Assembly (NCBI GenBank): GCA_008632985.1
Contig: QPGO01000061.1
Coordinates: 124,001-188,000 of the forward strand
Origin: Psammoneis japonica
Taxonomy: Eukaryota
Reading direction: 5' to 3'
DNA: 64,000 nt
Positions 10,929 to 24,400 of the stretch are shown here, one piece after another; position 1 is the stretch's first letter; the number at the start of each line of letters is the position of its first letter. The notes under the pieces were generated by a model. The model made no database searches, had not been told where the DNA came from, and saw only the letters and a list, made by a program, of their open reading frames with translations. Both the position numbers and the translations under genes were made by a program.

Positions 10929-12983
10929 TTAGGATCTGCTGGACCGCCCGCCCCAGTCCGCGTAGGATCCGCGTCCCGTCAGAGACCCACCACCACTATC
11001 CTTCCACCGAGATTGATGACGACGAGACTGCTTTCGCCACGAATTATTTCTCTTTTTGCTGGATCTACCATTACGTCCTTGTCGAACGTCACCTTGTGCT
11101 TGAATGTTGAGACCACGCAAACCATGTACACCCATGTTTTTTGCCGTCTTGTAACTAATCGATGGTAATTCCGTCAAACCAACCTCCATGGCAAAGCCAT
11201 TGACCAAATCAATCAAGTCTTCCTTGGAACGAATACCCACCGTATGAAGACGTCCACTGTAAAATCCCAACAAACTACGGTAGGCATTTTGTGCATCACG
11301 CATCAATTCCTGGTTGGTACCCCGCCGAATCGAAGCAAGAATGGGTTCGAGCTCATCCATGACTTGATTTTTGGATGATGATGATTCATTCAATAATGTT
11401 TGCAAGTCATCGTTTCGTGTCACATTCAAATCCCCCAATTGTTTTGTCAAGAATCCCTCTTCGATTGGATGAAGCATTAAAATTCCCTCACCACTTGTTT
11501 GATTTGCACCACGTCCGGTTCGACCCAACCGATGAATGTAGGCTTGACGTGTTTCCGCCATGCCATATTGTACAACATGAGTGACATTGGGATAATCGAC
11601 ACCACGTGCGGAAACATCACTGGTAAACAAAATGGAAGAATTGGCTTCACGAAAACGATTGGACGCGCTGGTACGGTAGGCTTGTGTCTTTTTCGAATGC
11701 AATTCCAATACGGGACGGCCCAAACCGAAATTGAATAAATTGGAATAAAATTTAACCATGTTTGTCGTGGGGAAGAAACAAATAATCTTGTGATGATTTG
11801 GATTCGATTCAACAAGCTCATAAAGGACTTGGACAAAGCTCGTCATGGTTCTGTAGTGCTGCGGCATCATGGACGACGAGGATGGTACCATGACATGAGA
11901 TTGTTGAACGTGTGCATTGGTGTGTGTTGCACTATCGTCTTGTTGAATACAATCGACCGTTTCATAATTCGGCTTGAGTGTTGCCAGTATGACAGATTGT
12001 ACATTTTGTGGCAGAGTTGCCGAAAAGAGCAACGTTTGTTTGTTGCGAGGCAAATAGCTCGTGATTGCCTCCACGTCACGTCGAAATCCCATATCCAACA
12101 AACGATCCATCTCATCCAAAACCAACGTTTTGACGTTGGTAAGTATCTTGGGAAATGGTGATTTTTTCTTTTTCTTGTTATTCAGTGTCAAAACGGTCGT
12201 TTGTAAATGATCTTGAAGACGTCCCGGTGTGGCAATCAAAATATCCGGCACACCACTGCGTTGGAGTTGTGTAATGTCCTTGTGTTTGGGAGATCCACCC
12301 ACCAAGACTTGGCACGTCATCAAGTCATGTTGTTTGTGATTCTTTTGTTTGTACAGACCCGTCGTCGTCAAGGCTCGTACTTGTTGTGCAATTTGCATTG
12401 CCAATTCACGTGTTGGACTTAAAATCAGCATACCCACCTTATTCTTGTCGGGACGGTTGTTTTCTTCCAACAGCAGCCTCTGTAGAGTGGGTAACAAAAA
12501 GGCCAATGTTTTGCCCGTGCCTGTTCGAGCTCGGGCTAAAACGTCCTTGTCTTCCATAAGGGGTTTCCACGTTTTGGCTTGAATTTCCGTCATTTGATTC
12601 AAACCCATTCCATGTTGGAGTCGGTGTTTGAGAGAATCGTCGAGTTCCGATAAATCCGAAAAGGACGGCAGTTCCAACTCATCAAACTCATCTTCTTCAT
12701 CATCGGCTTGTTGTGCGAGTGTGGAGAAACATGATCGAGAATATAGCAGAAGTGCTCTGTGTCTTTTTCCTGAACTTGTTGTTGTTGTTGCGTTGTTGTT
12801 GTACGAACAAGTGCCGGTATTAACCGTGCTCGTCGAAAGGACTGCCGTTGCGTTTATTTTCTGCTTGTTGGAAATCAACGTTGAAACACATGACAACGGA
12901 CGAGTAGCAGTAGATCTAATTATTGCATTGCGTCTTGTATGGGTCAATTGCCGACGGCCTTGCAACACAACGAGACTCCTCAT
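10929..12983 (-). CDS. DEAD-box RNA helicase (Mss116-like, probably mitochondrial)
   Basis: Q motif (MTEIQ), ARTGTGKT, PTRELA, TPGRL, DEMD, SAT, ARGVD and HRLGRTGR. Arg/Ser/Thr-rich presequence and basic tail. Confidence 0.93.
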   Translation of the reverse strand: MRSLVVLQGRRQLTHTRRNAIIRSTATRPLSCVSTLISNKQKINATAVLSTSTVNTGTCSYNNNATTTTSSGKRHRALLLYSRSCFSTLAQQADDEEDEFDELELPSFSDLSELDDSLKHRLQHGMGLNQMTEIQAKTWKPLMEDKDVLARARTGTGKTLAFLLPTLQRLLLEENNRPDKNKVGMLILSPTRELAMQIAQQVRALTTTGLYKQKNHKQHDLMTCQVLVGGSPKHKDITQLQRSGVPDILIATPGRLQDHLQTTVLTLNNKKKKKSPFPKILTNVKTLVLDEMDRLLDMGFRRDVEAITSYLPRNKQTLLFSATLPQNVQSVILATLKPNYETVDCIQQDDSATHTNAHVQQSHVMVPSSSSMMPQHYRTMTSFVQVLYELVESNPNHHKIICFFPTTNMVKFYSNLFNFGLGRPVLELHSKKTQAYRTSASNRFREANSSILFTSDVSARGVDYPNVTHVVQYGMAETRQAYIHRLGRTGRGANQTSGEGILMLHPIEEGFLTKQLGDLNVTRNDDLQTLLNESSSSKNQVMDELEPILASIRRGTNQELMRDAQNAYRSLLGFYSGRLHTVGIRSKEDLIDLVNGFAMEVGLTELPSISYKTAKNMGVHGLRGLNIQAQGDVRQGRNGRSSKKRNNSWRKQSRRHQSRWKDSGGGSLTGRGSYADWGGRSSRS

Positions 12984-13538
12984 GGTGATGAGGCGATTCT
13001 CTGATCTTGCCTTTTTGTGTGTGAGAAGAAAAGTTGGAAATTCCGATGCGATGCAAAATAATAACGCGTGGCTGTGATTGGATGAGTTTGTCTGAAATGA
13101 GGGTGTGGGAAATGATAAAGAAATTTTGTCAAAGGTCTGCGTCTGTGCCTCTCACGTTTATTCGCGCTATTCTTCGCGCGTTCCCATCCTCCAACAAACA
13201 CCCAAATCCAACAATTATTTTTCTCAACACTGCAAAACAAAGCATGAACCACTGCACATTGCCACAAACAATGTGTGTCATCATTGTGTTGTTGGAAACT
13301 GCAACTGTGAGAGTTGGCATGAACAATTGACTTCTTGGATGCACCCTTCTGGTGGTGTGTTCTTCTCATCCACACACGCTGCAAAAAAAAAAAGCCGCGC
13401 TGCCCCGCCGTCAAACGCATCTTGTGTTTCCCGACCAAGAGCTGTGGTGCACCACTCACCAGGTTGTTCTTGTGTGCTTGTGTTTGAGAGCCAAGCAAGT
13501 GAGGAGCCTGTGTGTGTGCCATTGCCACTCTGCATCAC

Positions 13539-13625
13539 GACGTGCTCCAGTCGCCCCCGACGTGTTCCAGCCCCAGGTGACACACAAAACGACAATCCAT
13601 TTTCAACACAAATTGTGTGTCTCTC
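13539..13625 (+). mobile_element. Terminus of a GACGTGTTCCAG-TIR element (same end as the 47078/58946 MITE), preceded by a second TIR-like 12-mer
   Basis: 13559 gacgtgttccagccccaggtgacacacaaaacgacaatc matches the MITE end gacgtgttccagtcccaggtgacgcacaaaacgacaatc. A further gacgtgctccag lies at 13539. Confidence 0.7.
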
Positions 13626-13799
13626 GTGTGTGAAGCATTTGAATGTTAGTCTGGAGAATCACTCTGCCAAAGCCAGAAGCCAAGCAACCTCTTGGGTGTT
13701 TTGCCAAGGCCTTGGACCTGCAGCTCTCAAGGGGGCAGCTTTTTCAGCTCCATCTCAAAGTTTTCCTTCTCTGTCTTGGTCAGTCCAAAGTGCAATGCT

Positions 13800-16700
13800 T
13801 GCATGACATTTTCTGCACCACCAGCTTTTCAGCAGGAATGGAGGTGATCACCAGCCATTGCCAAAACAAAACCCCATGTGGGTTGCTGCCAAAGTCAACA
13901 CACTGTCAAAGGCATTTTGCAAAATGGATGCATTGTGTGCAAATGGGAAAGAAGGGCCACCCAATGAACTGTCCTTGTTGACTGCAGCAGTGAAGCCAGT
14001 GCATCCAACTGCCAGCTTGTTAAGATGGGAAACAATCTTCACATCATTGATTGGAGAACAGGAAAGGCCCAGCTCATTGGTTGGATGGGAAGTGTTTGCA
14101 ACATTGTTGGCAGAGCACATGCAGAAGCAATGCACTTGACCGGCACCACCCCCATTGGTTGCTCTCCAACTGCAGATAAAGTCTTGTCACTTCTGGTCCC
14201 CAAATGTTGGCCCTTGCACAAGGAGGACATGCATCAGCCGCCAAACACCACCCAAGTTTTCCATCACAAGGGGGGGGGCTCAGCCTGCAAGGCCTTCAAA
14301 TCTTCCAAGAGGAAAGACAACATGTCATGGCAAGCCTGCATGTTGGAGGAAGACAACCCATCACCCACTTGTCATTGTGAATTGTCTTTGTTCACATTGC
14401 CACTCTCATCCAGTGTGCCACTTGCACCCCCCTTGTCTGTGCTTGGTGTGAACCCAAGGTGATGCCAAGCACAATCATGCTCCCGCACATGCCTCTTGGC
14501 CAGAAGAATGCAAAACACAACCAGGGTTCAAGGGGATGCCTTTGATGGGCATCAGTGCCTGCCTGTCAGATCAGCATGGAAGCTGATGGGCAAGAGCAAG
14601 CCGTTCTTGCAAAGTCCTCAGGGAGGTCATTGCGTGTGTCGGAGTGCCATTTGTTGGACATGATCTTGCCAAGATTGTGCTTGTTGACAGAAATGAACTT
14701 GTGCAAACGTGCCTGCATGGACTGATGCACATTGAGATTGTGCTCGTCATCAAACATTGAGTGGGTGAACAAATCTCTCAACATGTCCCACATGCAGAAG
14801 CAAGTGACTTCCCATCCACCAATGATCCAAGTGTTGGGTTGGGGCAGGAAAACCTTCCTTCTTGTGGAGATTCTTTGCCAACAAGTCCCACTCAAGACAC
14901 TGGGAACAATCAAATTGCTGCTTCTTGCAAAATCATTGTAACAGGGCAAGCAACTGACAACAAAATTGATGGGCAGTGTCGGAATTGTCACACAGCGCAA
15001 TCAGCTCCAACAAAGCTTCCTCCATGAGTGAAAAGGTTGGTGGGTCAGGTGCCTTGTCCAAGGGATGTGGGTTGGCAGTGGTGGGAGGGAAGGATGGTGG
15101 ATCCAGGAGCAACATAGATTCTTCAGAAGACTCATCCAGAGGAAAGGACAGAGAAGCAGCAACAGTGCCAGGGAACATTTTGTAAGAGGAGTCATCATCA
15201 CGTTCATCATCTTCCTTGTTCTCCGCACATTCTGCGGGTGTGGCAAACTGGGCAGGTCATTGCCTCTGTTGAAGTCTGTGCTGGGGTTGGCTGATTCGTC
15301 TTCCTCATCAGGAGTGGCAGTGGATGACTGACAAGCAATTTGCTGTTCTTGGAAAACAAAAACGGCGGCTTGCAACAACTGGCTCAATTGAGTTGCAGCA
15401 GACATGCTGGGGTGGGCTGTGTTTTGCCTGCATTGGCAGCAATGGTGGTGAAAAGGCATGCTGAGCAAAGAGTCAAATTGGAAAAGGCAGGCTGCAGGAG
15501 TGTGATGAAACAATTTGATGCTTGTTTGCATTCATTTGTTGGCAAGCAGATGTCTGATTGATTTTTGAATCAAATTGTTGAGTGGACACTCCGTCATTTT
15601 TTAATGACACTTGGTTGGCATGCTGGCAACAGCCCCGTTGAAGAGTTGGCTGTGAAGAGACAATGCAGTTCATGGCACACACATGTCCAGTCATCAAAGA
15701 TGCACAGATTTGAATTGGATGGATGGTCTGTTTAAATTTGAGTGCAGATGTGCAGCCACAGTTTAAAAAAAATGGTGGCAAACGCCCTTTTCAGGCAAGC
15801 AAGAAAACATTAAAAAAGGGAAAAGACAACTCTTGCATGCACATCATTCACAAGACTCAACCACATCTGTCACCTCACTTCAGTGAACTTCAGCAAACAC
15901 TGGAAAAATTACTTTGGCAACAGTGGAGGATGATTGTCATTGTGGAGCAGCAGATGAGCTCCAGCGAATGGATGGCGGATCATGCCAAGGTCATGCAGGA
16001 CATGGCAAAGGTGAGAGAGCATGTCAAGGAAACATTGTGCCTCAGTGCCACACTCACATTCAACAACAAAGAAGTGGAGGAAATGGGAATGCTCTGCAGA
16101 GATTGTGAGCAGAACTGCACACCCAAGATGATGGATGGGATGCCACAGGAACTGCCCAAGCCGGAGCAAAAAATGCACCTGCACCACCTGTGGCTTACGA
16201 TGAAACAAAAAAAGATGCATCAGGAGTGGCTGGCAATTGAGAGGTCAAATGCGCACCAGGCACAGCATGGCAAGTTCCACAGCAAGTGCAAATGGAGGGT
16301 GCAACAGTGCAATTGCTGACAGCATTGTCACTTGTTTTCCCTGCTGCAAATGAAGCTCTTTGTGCATGCTGCAATGAAGACAATTGCATCATGCCATCTG
16401 CAGAAAAATTCCAAGATTGCTTGGGAAACTGGGCTTTGCAGATGGTGCTCTGTGACCACATGCTGTGTGATCCGATTGAAGCAGACACACACTGGAAAGA
16501 ATTCATTTCCAAGGACAAAAGGACAGGCGCAGCATGCACTGAGAGGCGTTTGCCCACAAGCTCCTCAAGAACAACTGCAATGCAAGGCATGCAGACTGCA
16601 AGAGCCGGAACAAGGATGAGACTTTTGTGTCAGATTACGATGTGAAGTTGCTTGACAATGGAGGCCCAGTGGACCAAGAGGGGGAAGCAAGGGCTTGTGC

Positions 16701-17750
16701 AAGACAATCACACCAGCCAAGGAGATGGACAACCAGGACAAGAGCATGTTTGTGCTGCCACAGAAAGATCCACAAGAGCGGTTGTCAGAGGAAGGAGGTC
16801 TGTCTGCACAAGAACTGAAACAGAGGTTCAAGCAAACAAGGGATGCAATGGTCAAGAAGATCAGAAATGAGCCAAAGACTGCAGCACAAGTCACAGCTTT
16901 GATCAAGGTTACAAAAGTGCTCATTGACAGCCAAAACAATGTGGTTGCATCCAGCAAGAAGAGAGAGGTTGTCAAGAAACTCAAGCATTTCATGGCGGCA
17001 AAGCCAAAGGACACAGACACAAATGCGGGACCAAGGAAGCAAAAGACACTGAGGAAGAGCAAAGGGTGGTCACCAAATGCCAACAAGTTCTTTGTTGACA
17101 TGGTCATGGAGATCAAGCAAGATGTTGCAAGAGGACAACTTGGGCAGTGGGAAGAGCTCTATAGAGCCATCGCACCAAGCAAGATCAATGGGTGGCAGAA
17201 GAAGCACAAGAAGGCTCTGATGATGAAGACAACCACCAGGTCAACTGTGCCAAAACATGTGAACTGAAGTTGGCAGCGGTTCAGGCAAGATTCACTCAGC
17301 GGCGATCACTCACATGCACACTTGTTGACAATCAATTGCAGCAGCGACGTGCAACAAATGGGTGGGAAAATGGAAATGATTGTTTGCACATGCAAGTCAA
17401 CCAAATGAGTTTTACACCAAATGTTGAAAACTGATCCAAGCACTGCATTTGGTTGTCACTCAGTCAGCAACAACAAGACAAGTGAAGCCCCACAAAGCAA
17501 CTTGTTTGGCATTGCAACTGATTGAGTTGCAGCTCACTTGTTGGGATTGACCACAGTTTGTTGATGTCACCAGACACTTGTTGGTTTGCATGGACATTTG
17601 TTTGTTCTTAATCACACCCATTTTTGTGGCAAATGGGTGTGATTTGTGTCAAGTGGCAATGATTCATCACAAATCAATTTATGTTCCGACACTGCAACAT
17701 TGTCCACTGGTCCGACCACAAGACAATTCATGAAAATGGATCTCTGATGC
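13800..17750 (-). mobile_element. Degenerate Plavaka-like DNA transposon, copy 1 (transposase relic on -, accessory ORF on +)
   Basis: Inverted homology to 55370-59915. The transposase relic reads ...SNKWHSDTRNDLPEDF... followed by a degenerate PI-L-ADxTG...AWxHLGFxP segment. ORF 16695-17267 is homologous to 56013-56765. Confidence 0.65.
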
Positions 17751-19939
17751 TGCTGAACAAAACAGTCATCAATTCTTGCCTCCACTGACTTTTCCAAATG
17801 GATTGTTGCAAAGGGGTGTCAACATTGCAGCATGGTGGCATCTTCAATTGACAGCAAGGAGGGCAGTTGCATTGGACATCAGGTGTTTTGATGGTGCCAG
17901 TGACAATGATGGCACATGTCCGGTCATGCAGGTGGCTCTGAGTTTATGAAACAAAGGAGAAGAAAAGGAGGAGGAGAGAGAGAGAGAGATGCGTTCACAG
18001 TGGAAGCAATGCTTTCAATGCACGTGCTCGATGCCCAGACAATTGTCACTTCCAATGTGCCCACCAGCCACAGCTCTCCACTCTAGAGGGCAAACACTCT
18101 AAAGAACAGTGACATGCCATGGGCCACATCTGAGTGCAATGTCCACTGCTTCATTGCTCATGGAAAATGCAGAAAAAGCACACACCCACAGCTGACTTGC
18201 TCTACAGTCAACATGCAGCAGCACACTTGCCAAATGTTTCATCACAAGAAATCTTCAACAGGTCCCACATCATTCTGTCCATTTCCTCTCTGGACTGAAA
18301 GTTTCACAAACCAACATTCCCAATTCAATGAACAACGTCAAAAGACTCATGCCATGCAAAAGATTGGTCCAGAAAGGCCACTGCAAGCTCAGGCAAAATG
18401 ACAGTCAAAATGAAAATGTGAGTGGGACAAAGTGCCAAGTGCAAGTCACTGGGACACATGTCACAGCACACTCGCCAGCGCACCTTCCAGAGAAAGTTCT
18501 GAGTCAACCGGCCAAATTTTGTGGCACCCTGACCATTGCCAGCAGTTCATTGCATCCACAAGGAGACCAGCAAAACCATCCTCCCTTTCTCTGTTTTGCC
18601 AAGTGCAAAGCCCAGGCTGGAAGGCACACTGCCAAGTTCTCCCAAAACAATGCAGAAAGCATTGCATGATGGACAGTGAAGATGACACCATTGCAGAGCA
18701 GGAAAAAAGGGCCATTGCAGACCAGACACTTGCAGGCATGTTGACAAGATGCACAAAGAAAGACTTTTGAAAAACAACTCTAAAACTCAATCAATCACAA
18801 TGCACGCACAGGATTGTCTTCTTTGGAGCATGCCAAGTCTGTCTGACAGGTGCCAACATTGCAAGTGTCCCCCCCAATGACACCCAGACAGCAGCACACA
18901 GTGTCCGTGCCCTCCAGCCAGATGATGCAACAAAGAGGTGCATTTGACAAAGGAGACGTGCCTTTCTCCTCCAGCCCAAGCACACCCCGGGGTGCTCCAT
19001 CTTCTCCTGCAGCAAAGAAATCCACTCAAGGCCCAGCTCCTGGAATGGAGTCCCCTCTGTGGGATCCACCTGATGTTCCGTCTAACCTGGGATCCCGGCC
19101 ATCACATTCACCCTGGAAACTGTGGGTGTCATTGGCCTGAGGAGAGATGACTTCCCCCAGTTCAGTCCATTGGAAGCAAGGTCAGAGTCACCTTGCGGAT
19201 GACCAAGTCCAGCCAGACTTGAGCCCCCTCAAGAACTTGAGCCCCCCCCCTCATGACCCTCCTGATGACCTGAGCCAAAGGAGGGAGGGGGGCCCAAGAC
19301 AAGGGCGACAACAGAGAACTTGACAAGAATGAAGAAACAACATCAGTCTCAAGCTGATGTGCGAGCTTGACAAAGGCATCATTGTTGATGCCAGAAGCAA
19401 AACAACCAGACATGGCAGGAGAGACAAAGCAAAAAAGAAAAGCACTTCTCCAGAGCATGTGTGTGATCCGGTCACATTGACCAGGGTTCTTGCCTCAACA
19501 ATGCCGGAAAAGTGAGAGGTTTTTTGTGTGCAAGTTGGCAACTGCCTGGTGTGCATGCATGAGAAGTTCACATGCTGCATTGCCCAGTGGTGTGGTGTGA
19601 GTGACAGATGGGGTTTTGCTGAAAAACTGGGTCATGCAGGCAGGAAACGGCAGGGGTGTTGGAGATGGAGTGGCAAGCTGGGCCTTCAGTTTGGTTGTGT
19701 GTCTTGCAAGTTGGTCAGCCAGAGATTTTGCAAGTGCAAGACTTGGGGCTTTGGAAACCACATTGGGATGGTGTGGAGGCGTGACAAGTGTGACCAAAGA
19801 GGGAGCAAGAGACTGTTTGCCATGCAGCTGAAGCAGCAGGGAAAATTCAGAGGAAGACATTTTTGCACACATGTGTGCACTGCAAGCAGCTGCATGCAGA
19901 AAGGATGATGCAACCGTCCAAGGGGGGGGGGGGGGGGGG

Positions 19940-20091
19940 NNNNNNNNNNNNNNNNNNNNNNNNNNNNNNNNNNNNNNNNNNNNNNNNNNNNNNNNNNNNN
20001 NNNNNNNNNNNNNNNNNNNNNNNNNNNNNNNNNNNNNNNNNNNNNNNNNNNNNNNNNNNNNNNNNNNNNNNNNNNNNNNNNNNNNNNNNNN
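19940..20091. other. Assembly gap (N run) preceded by a poly-G tract
   Basis: Run of N directly visible. Confidence 1.
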
Positions 20092-20175
20092 TCCTGTTAA
20101 ACTTCCGCGTGGCGCTCTCATGGTTTGCCTCGGTGCAAGGGTTGTCAGGTGGGGCAGGCAAGCCAGGAGCAGGGA

Positions 20176-20681
20176 GACATGTTCCAGCCCTGGGTGGGAG
20201 CTCGCATTGCTGATGTGTGACACAAACAATTTTTAACATCCGCTGTGTGTTTTGCATGCCCATTTCTGCATGTGACACTCCAAAAAAATTCTCCAGACTC
20301 ACTGTTTTGCAAAGCCCCAGACATTTTGCACAGTGCACCCACAGAATCAACAGCGTGCCAGTGGCATTCTTCAATGTCTGAGGAGTGTAACTGGCCAAGT
20401 GAAAAATGATGTGCTTTTGCGAAGCCCCGGACATTTTGCACAACGCACCCACAGAATCAACAGCATGCCAGTGGCGTTCTTCAATGTCTGAGGAGTGCAA
20501 CTGGCCACGTGAAAAATGATGTGCTTTGATCATGGACAAGTTTGTGCATTTGCAAAATTGCCTCATTTTCTGTCAGCGATCATTGACATTTTCATTGCCT
20601 GACAATTTTGCTGCAGAGCTCGCACGCAGAATTCTGCAGGCCCAATGTCACACGGATTCTCACCTGCATCTGGAATGCATC
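20176..20681 (+). mobile_element. Degenerate MITE, family B, with an internal ~117 bp tandem duplication
   Basis: Ends gacatgttccagccctgggtggga... and ...ggcccaatgtcacacggattctcacctgcatctggaatgcatc are homologous to the ends of 37227-37619. TSD not preserved. Confidence 0.7.
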
Positions 20682-21018
20682 AGAAGAGGAGGTGGTTTGA
20701 GAGCTGTGATTTCAACAGCAAGGACACTGTGCGATGCAGGAGAGGCAGTGTTTTGTGCTGGTGTGAGAGCCATGCCAACGTCAGCGGTTGAGGGGCGAGT
20801 GAGGGAAAAGATCTGCAGCTTTGTGGTGCACTGAAGAGGAATCAGTGCACAGTCCGGACAGTGGGCCAATGATGTTGGTTGAGCAACAGCAAATGGCCCA
20901 TTGCAAATTGCATTGGAAATTGTGGTTTTGTGGCCCAAAGACTGACAACAGAAGGCATGAACTGAAAGTTTGACGGGTCACGAATGCAAAAGACCATGAC
21001 CAGTCATCTTGGCCTGGA

Positions 21019-21180
21019 TGCAAGGTCTGACGAGATGAAGACTTCAGTGATGACAAAACTGTGAGCGAAAGATCGAGGTGACGAGGGTCGCTTTCAGCGA
21101 AGCCCGTTGCAACTGCTTCCATTGTGTCCAACAGGTCCATCAATGCCGCACATCAGAAAAATGAGGTGCGAGACACTGCA
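21019..21180 (-). repeat. 3' LTR of Gypsy element
   Basis: TGCA...TGCA termini; aligns without gaps to 26242-26403. Confidence 0.9.
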
Positions 21181-21409
21181 CTCTTCCCTTCCATGATTCG
21201 AGTGTCGAGAATCATGCGGGACTCAAAAAATTTAAATTCCAATGGATGAGGATAGAAGGGAAACCCAAATGTTGGGGAGAAAACCCTTGACCTCAGGTGT
21301 GATGTGGTACAACGCGACGCATGTTCAATCGTTCTGTCACATGAGGTGTGCGTTGGACCGCAAGCGCACCGTTGGCGTGCACTTGAACGACAGGATGTGG
21401 ACCGTGAGC

Positions 21410-24400
21410 TCATGGCTTGAGCTTGGTTGGGTCGACAGCCTTGAGCAGAACTTGTCCGCCAACTTGAAAATCGCAGGATCGGCGTTCAGCGTTGGCTCGA
21501 CGGAGATTCGCATTGATGATCGCTTGTCGGTGTTCTTGAATGGCAGCAAGATTGGCTGGGACCGGTGAGTCGAGAATCATGTCACGTTGAAAAACCATGG
21601 CACCGGGTGAAATCTTAAGAGCACGAGAAACCGCACATCGCATTGCATGCATGGCGGTTGCCAATGCATTGTCCACTGGTTGATTGGCCTGCTCAACATT
21701 CTGTGGAGGACAAACATGAAGCAAAGTGCGCAAGACATTTCCAACAGTTTGATGCATGCGCTCGCATGCCGCATTGGCTTGTGGATTTCGCGACGCAGTC
21801 GGAGCGTCTTCCACTCCTGCTCGTTGCAATGACAATTGAAAGTCCTCTCCAATGAATTCTCCACCATTGTCATGGATGCACCGGTTGGGACGAGGACAAC
21901 GAGACAACCAACAATTTTCAAATTGTTGAGCAATGTGAGATGAGGTTTTGTTGTCGATGCGAATGAGTTCAGTCACATTCGAAACGGTGTCAACACAAGT
22001 CAAAGCGTTGAACTCGATTTCATGGTTTTGAATTTCAATCTTCCAGGGACCGATGAGATCAACCGCAACTTCCGTCCATGGCAACAAAGGCGCTTCTCGT
22101 TCAGGCAGGTCCCCACATCCAGGGCCTAAAGTTTTCAAACGTTGACAATCAGCACAATGAAATCTTTCACAGGATTGACGAAGGGCAGGATGACAGAAAT
22201 GTGCGCCAACAGTGGAATGCATTCGGTGCACTCCTGCATGTCCCAAAATCCCATGATGCCATCGTATGATGTCATGCAGCAACGCCGTTGGAACACAAAT
22301 TTTCCACACAGTCGGAGGATCATTCGGTCGAGCACGATGACAAATTACAGGACGCTGATTCACACATTCCACAACGAAGCGTTCTGGATGTTGTTGTCGC
22401 ACATTGTTCAGCTCCACGTCGATGAATTGGTGTTCTTGAATTCGTTGCATGGTTGCAGGGTTTTGCATTTCCTCGAGAGAAGGACAGTTCAAAAATGATT
22501 CACACAATTCGGGGTCGTCCACGACAGAAGAGTAAAATGGAGATGGTTCTTCACGACGACAGGAAAAATGAGACACACGGTTTTGGTCGTCCAGTTCTTC
22601 TTCACGCGGCAGCATGGCAGGGTTGATCGCCTTAAAATCAATCAGCTTGCCCTTGTTAGGAGCACACTTCCCTTCCGCAGGAGGGTCCATGCGCGGCAAT
22701 CTTGAAAAACAATCCGCTGAGAGATTGTCTTTGCCATCAACGTGTTCGAAAGTTGGGGCAAAATCTTCCAAGAAGAGTCGCCACCTGAGAACTCGTTGAG
22801 AATTGAGCGCACGAAAGGTGAGATTTTTATGATCCGTAAAAACAGTGCAGTCAGCTCCAAACAACATGCTTCGAAATTCTTTGAAACACATCACCACCGC
22901 CAATGATTCTTTTTCAATCGTAGAGCAGTTCTGTTGTGCTGTGCTGAGTTTCCGGGACCAGCAAGCCACTGGTTTCCCGTCTTGCACAATTGCGGCCCCC
23001 ATCTGACAGTCCGAAGAGTCAGCACAAATGTGGAATGGCTTGTTGTGATTCGGGTAGACCCAAAGGGTGTCGTCCAGCATCAAGGTTTTCACATCTTCAA
23101 AGGCTCGTTGACATTCAGGGGTCCATTCCAACTTGCTCTTGCCTGTCAACTTCGTGAGTGGAGCGAGCACGTGTGAGCGACGAGGCCACATGTTGCGACA
23201 ACAAGTTGCCGCACCGATAAACGATCGTAGTTCCGTCACAGTTTTAGGTGGTTGCATTCGTAGCACCGCTTCCACTTTCTTCTTCCACGGTCGGACTCCT
23301 GCAGGCGTGAGCCAATGGCCCAAAAAATCCGTCTCTTGGACACACCATTCGCACTTGAGTGGGTTAATTTTCAGGTTGTTCTCTTCTAGTCTGGACAACA
23401 GCTCATCGAGTCGATGCACATGAGCATCAAACAAATCATCAAATTGAGCAATGTCATCGATGTAAGTTTCAACATCGATTCCTTTTGCCACTTTTTCAAT
23501 GATGGCTTGAGCAACATCGGGAGAGGTTTTCAAACCCATGGCCAATCGACAATGTCGAAATTTCCCAAACGGAGCAACAATGGCACACAAATCCTTGGAT
23601 TCTTCGTCAAGCTCGACATGACAATAAAACACAGTGAGGTCCAACTTGGTCAAGCACTTGCATCCCGAGCGTCGGTGAACAACGTCTTGAATGATCGGCA
23701 GAGGATGGACCTTTCGTTTGAGCACCTTGTTCAACTCTCGAAAATCAGATGCCCATCGAACTCGTCCATCCTTTTTGGGAGTTACAAAAGTTCCGGCTGC
23801 CCATTCAGTTGGTCCCACTGGTTCCAGTGCGCCAATGTTGCATGGATGTTGTGGTTCTTTCTTAAAAACGGCTTCATCCCTCTTGGACACTTCGCAAGCC
23901 TTAGAATGGAAGGGAACAGCGTTGGGATCAACTTCCAAGTGAACAGTCTCATGCGGATGTTCACCAAGCGTTCCATCAAAGAGGGTTTCATGCTTTTCAA
24001 GCACAGCCTGCAGCTCATCACGTTGTTCTTGAGTCAAGTGAGTTTGAGCTTGCGCCACTTTCGCGGGTGACACTTTCTCGTATTTGGCGTCCATCATAAA
24101 AGATTGTCCGAAGGCTTCCTCATCGTCTTCGTCCTCTCCGTCGTCTTCCAGTGCATCCAACCAATTCTGAACTGAGTTCCAATGATTGGATTGCTTCATT
24201 GGGATCGACGTTTCCAACCACTTTGTCATTCCAAATCGAAAATCAAGCACGATTCCGGCTTTCGACAAAAAGTCTTGTCCCAAAATTAAATCACACTTGC
24301 ATGGGGCATCAAAAACTTGAGCCGCAATGCCATCGACTTGTTTTGACTTGTCAAATTCTGGCAAGATCAAGTCCTTCATAACAACGTGTCGGGAGGATTC

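Noticed and set aside
19921..19939. Poly-G tract as a G-quadruplex element
   Set aside because: It abuts the assembly gap, so its length and reality are unreliable.
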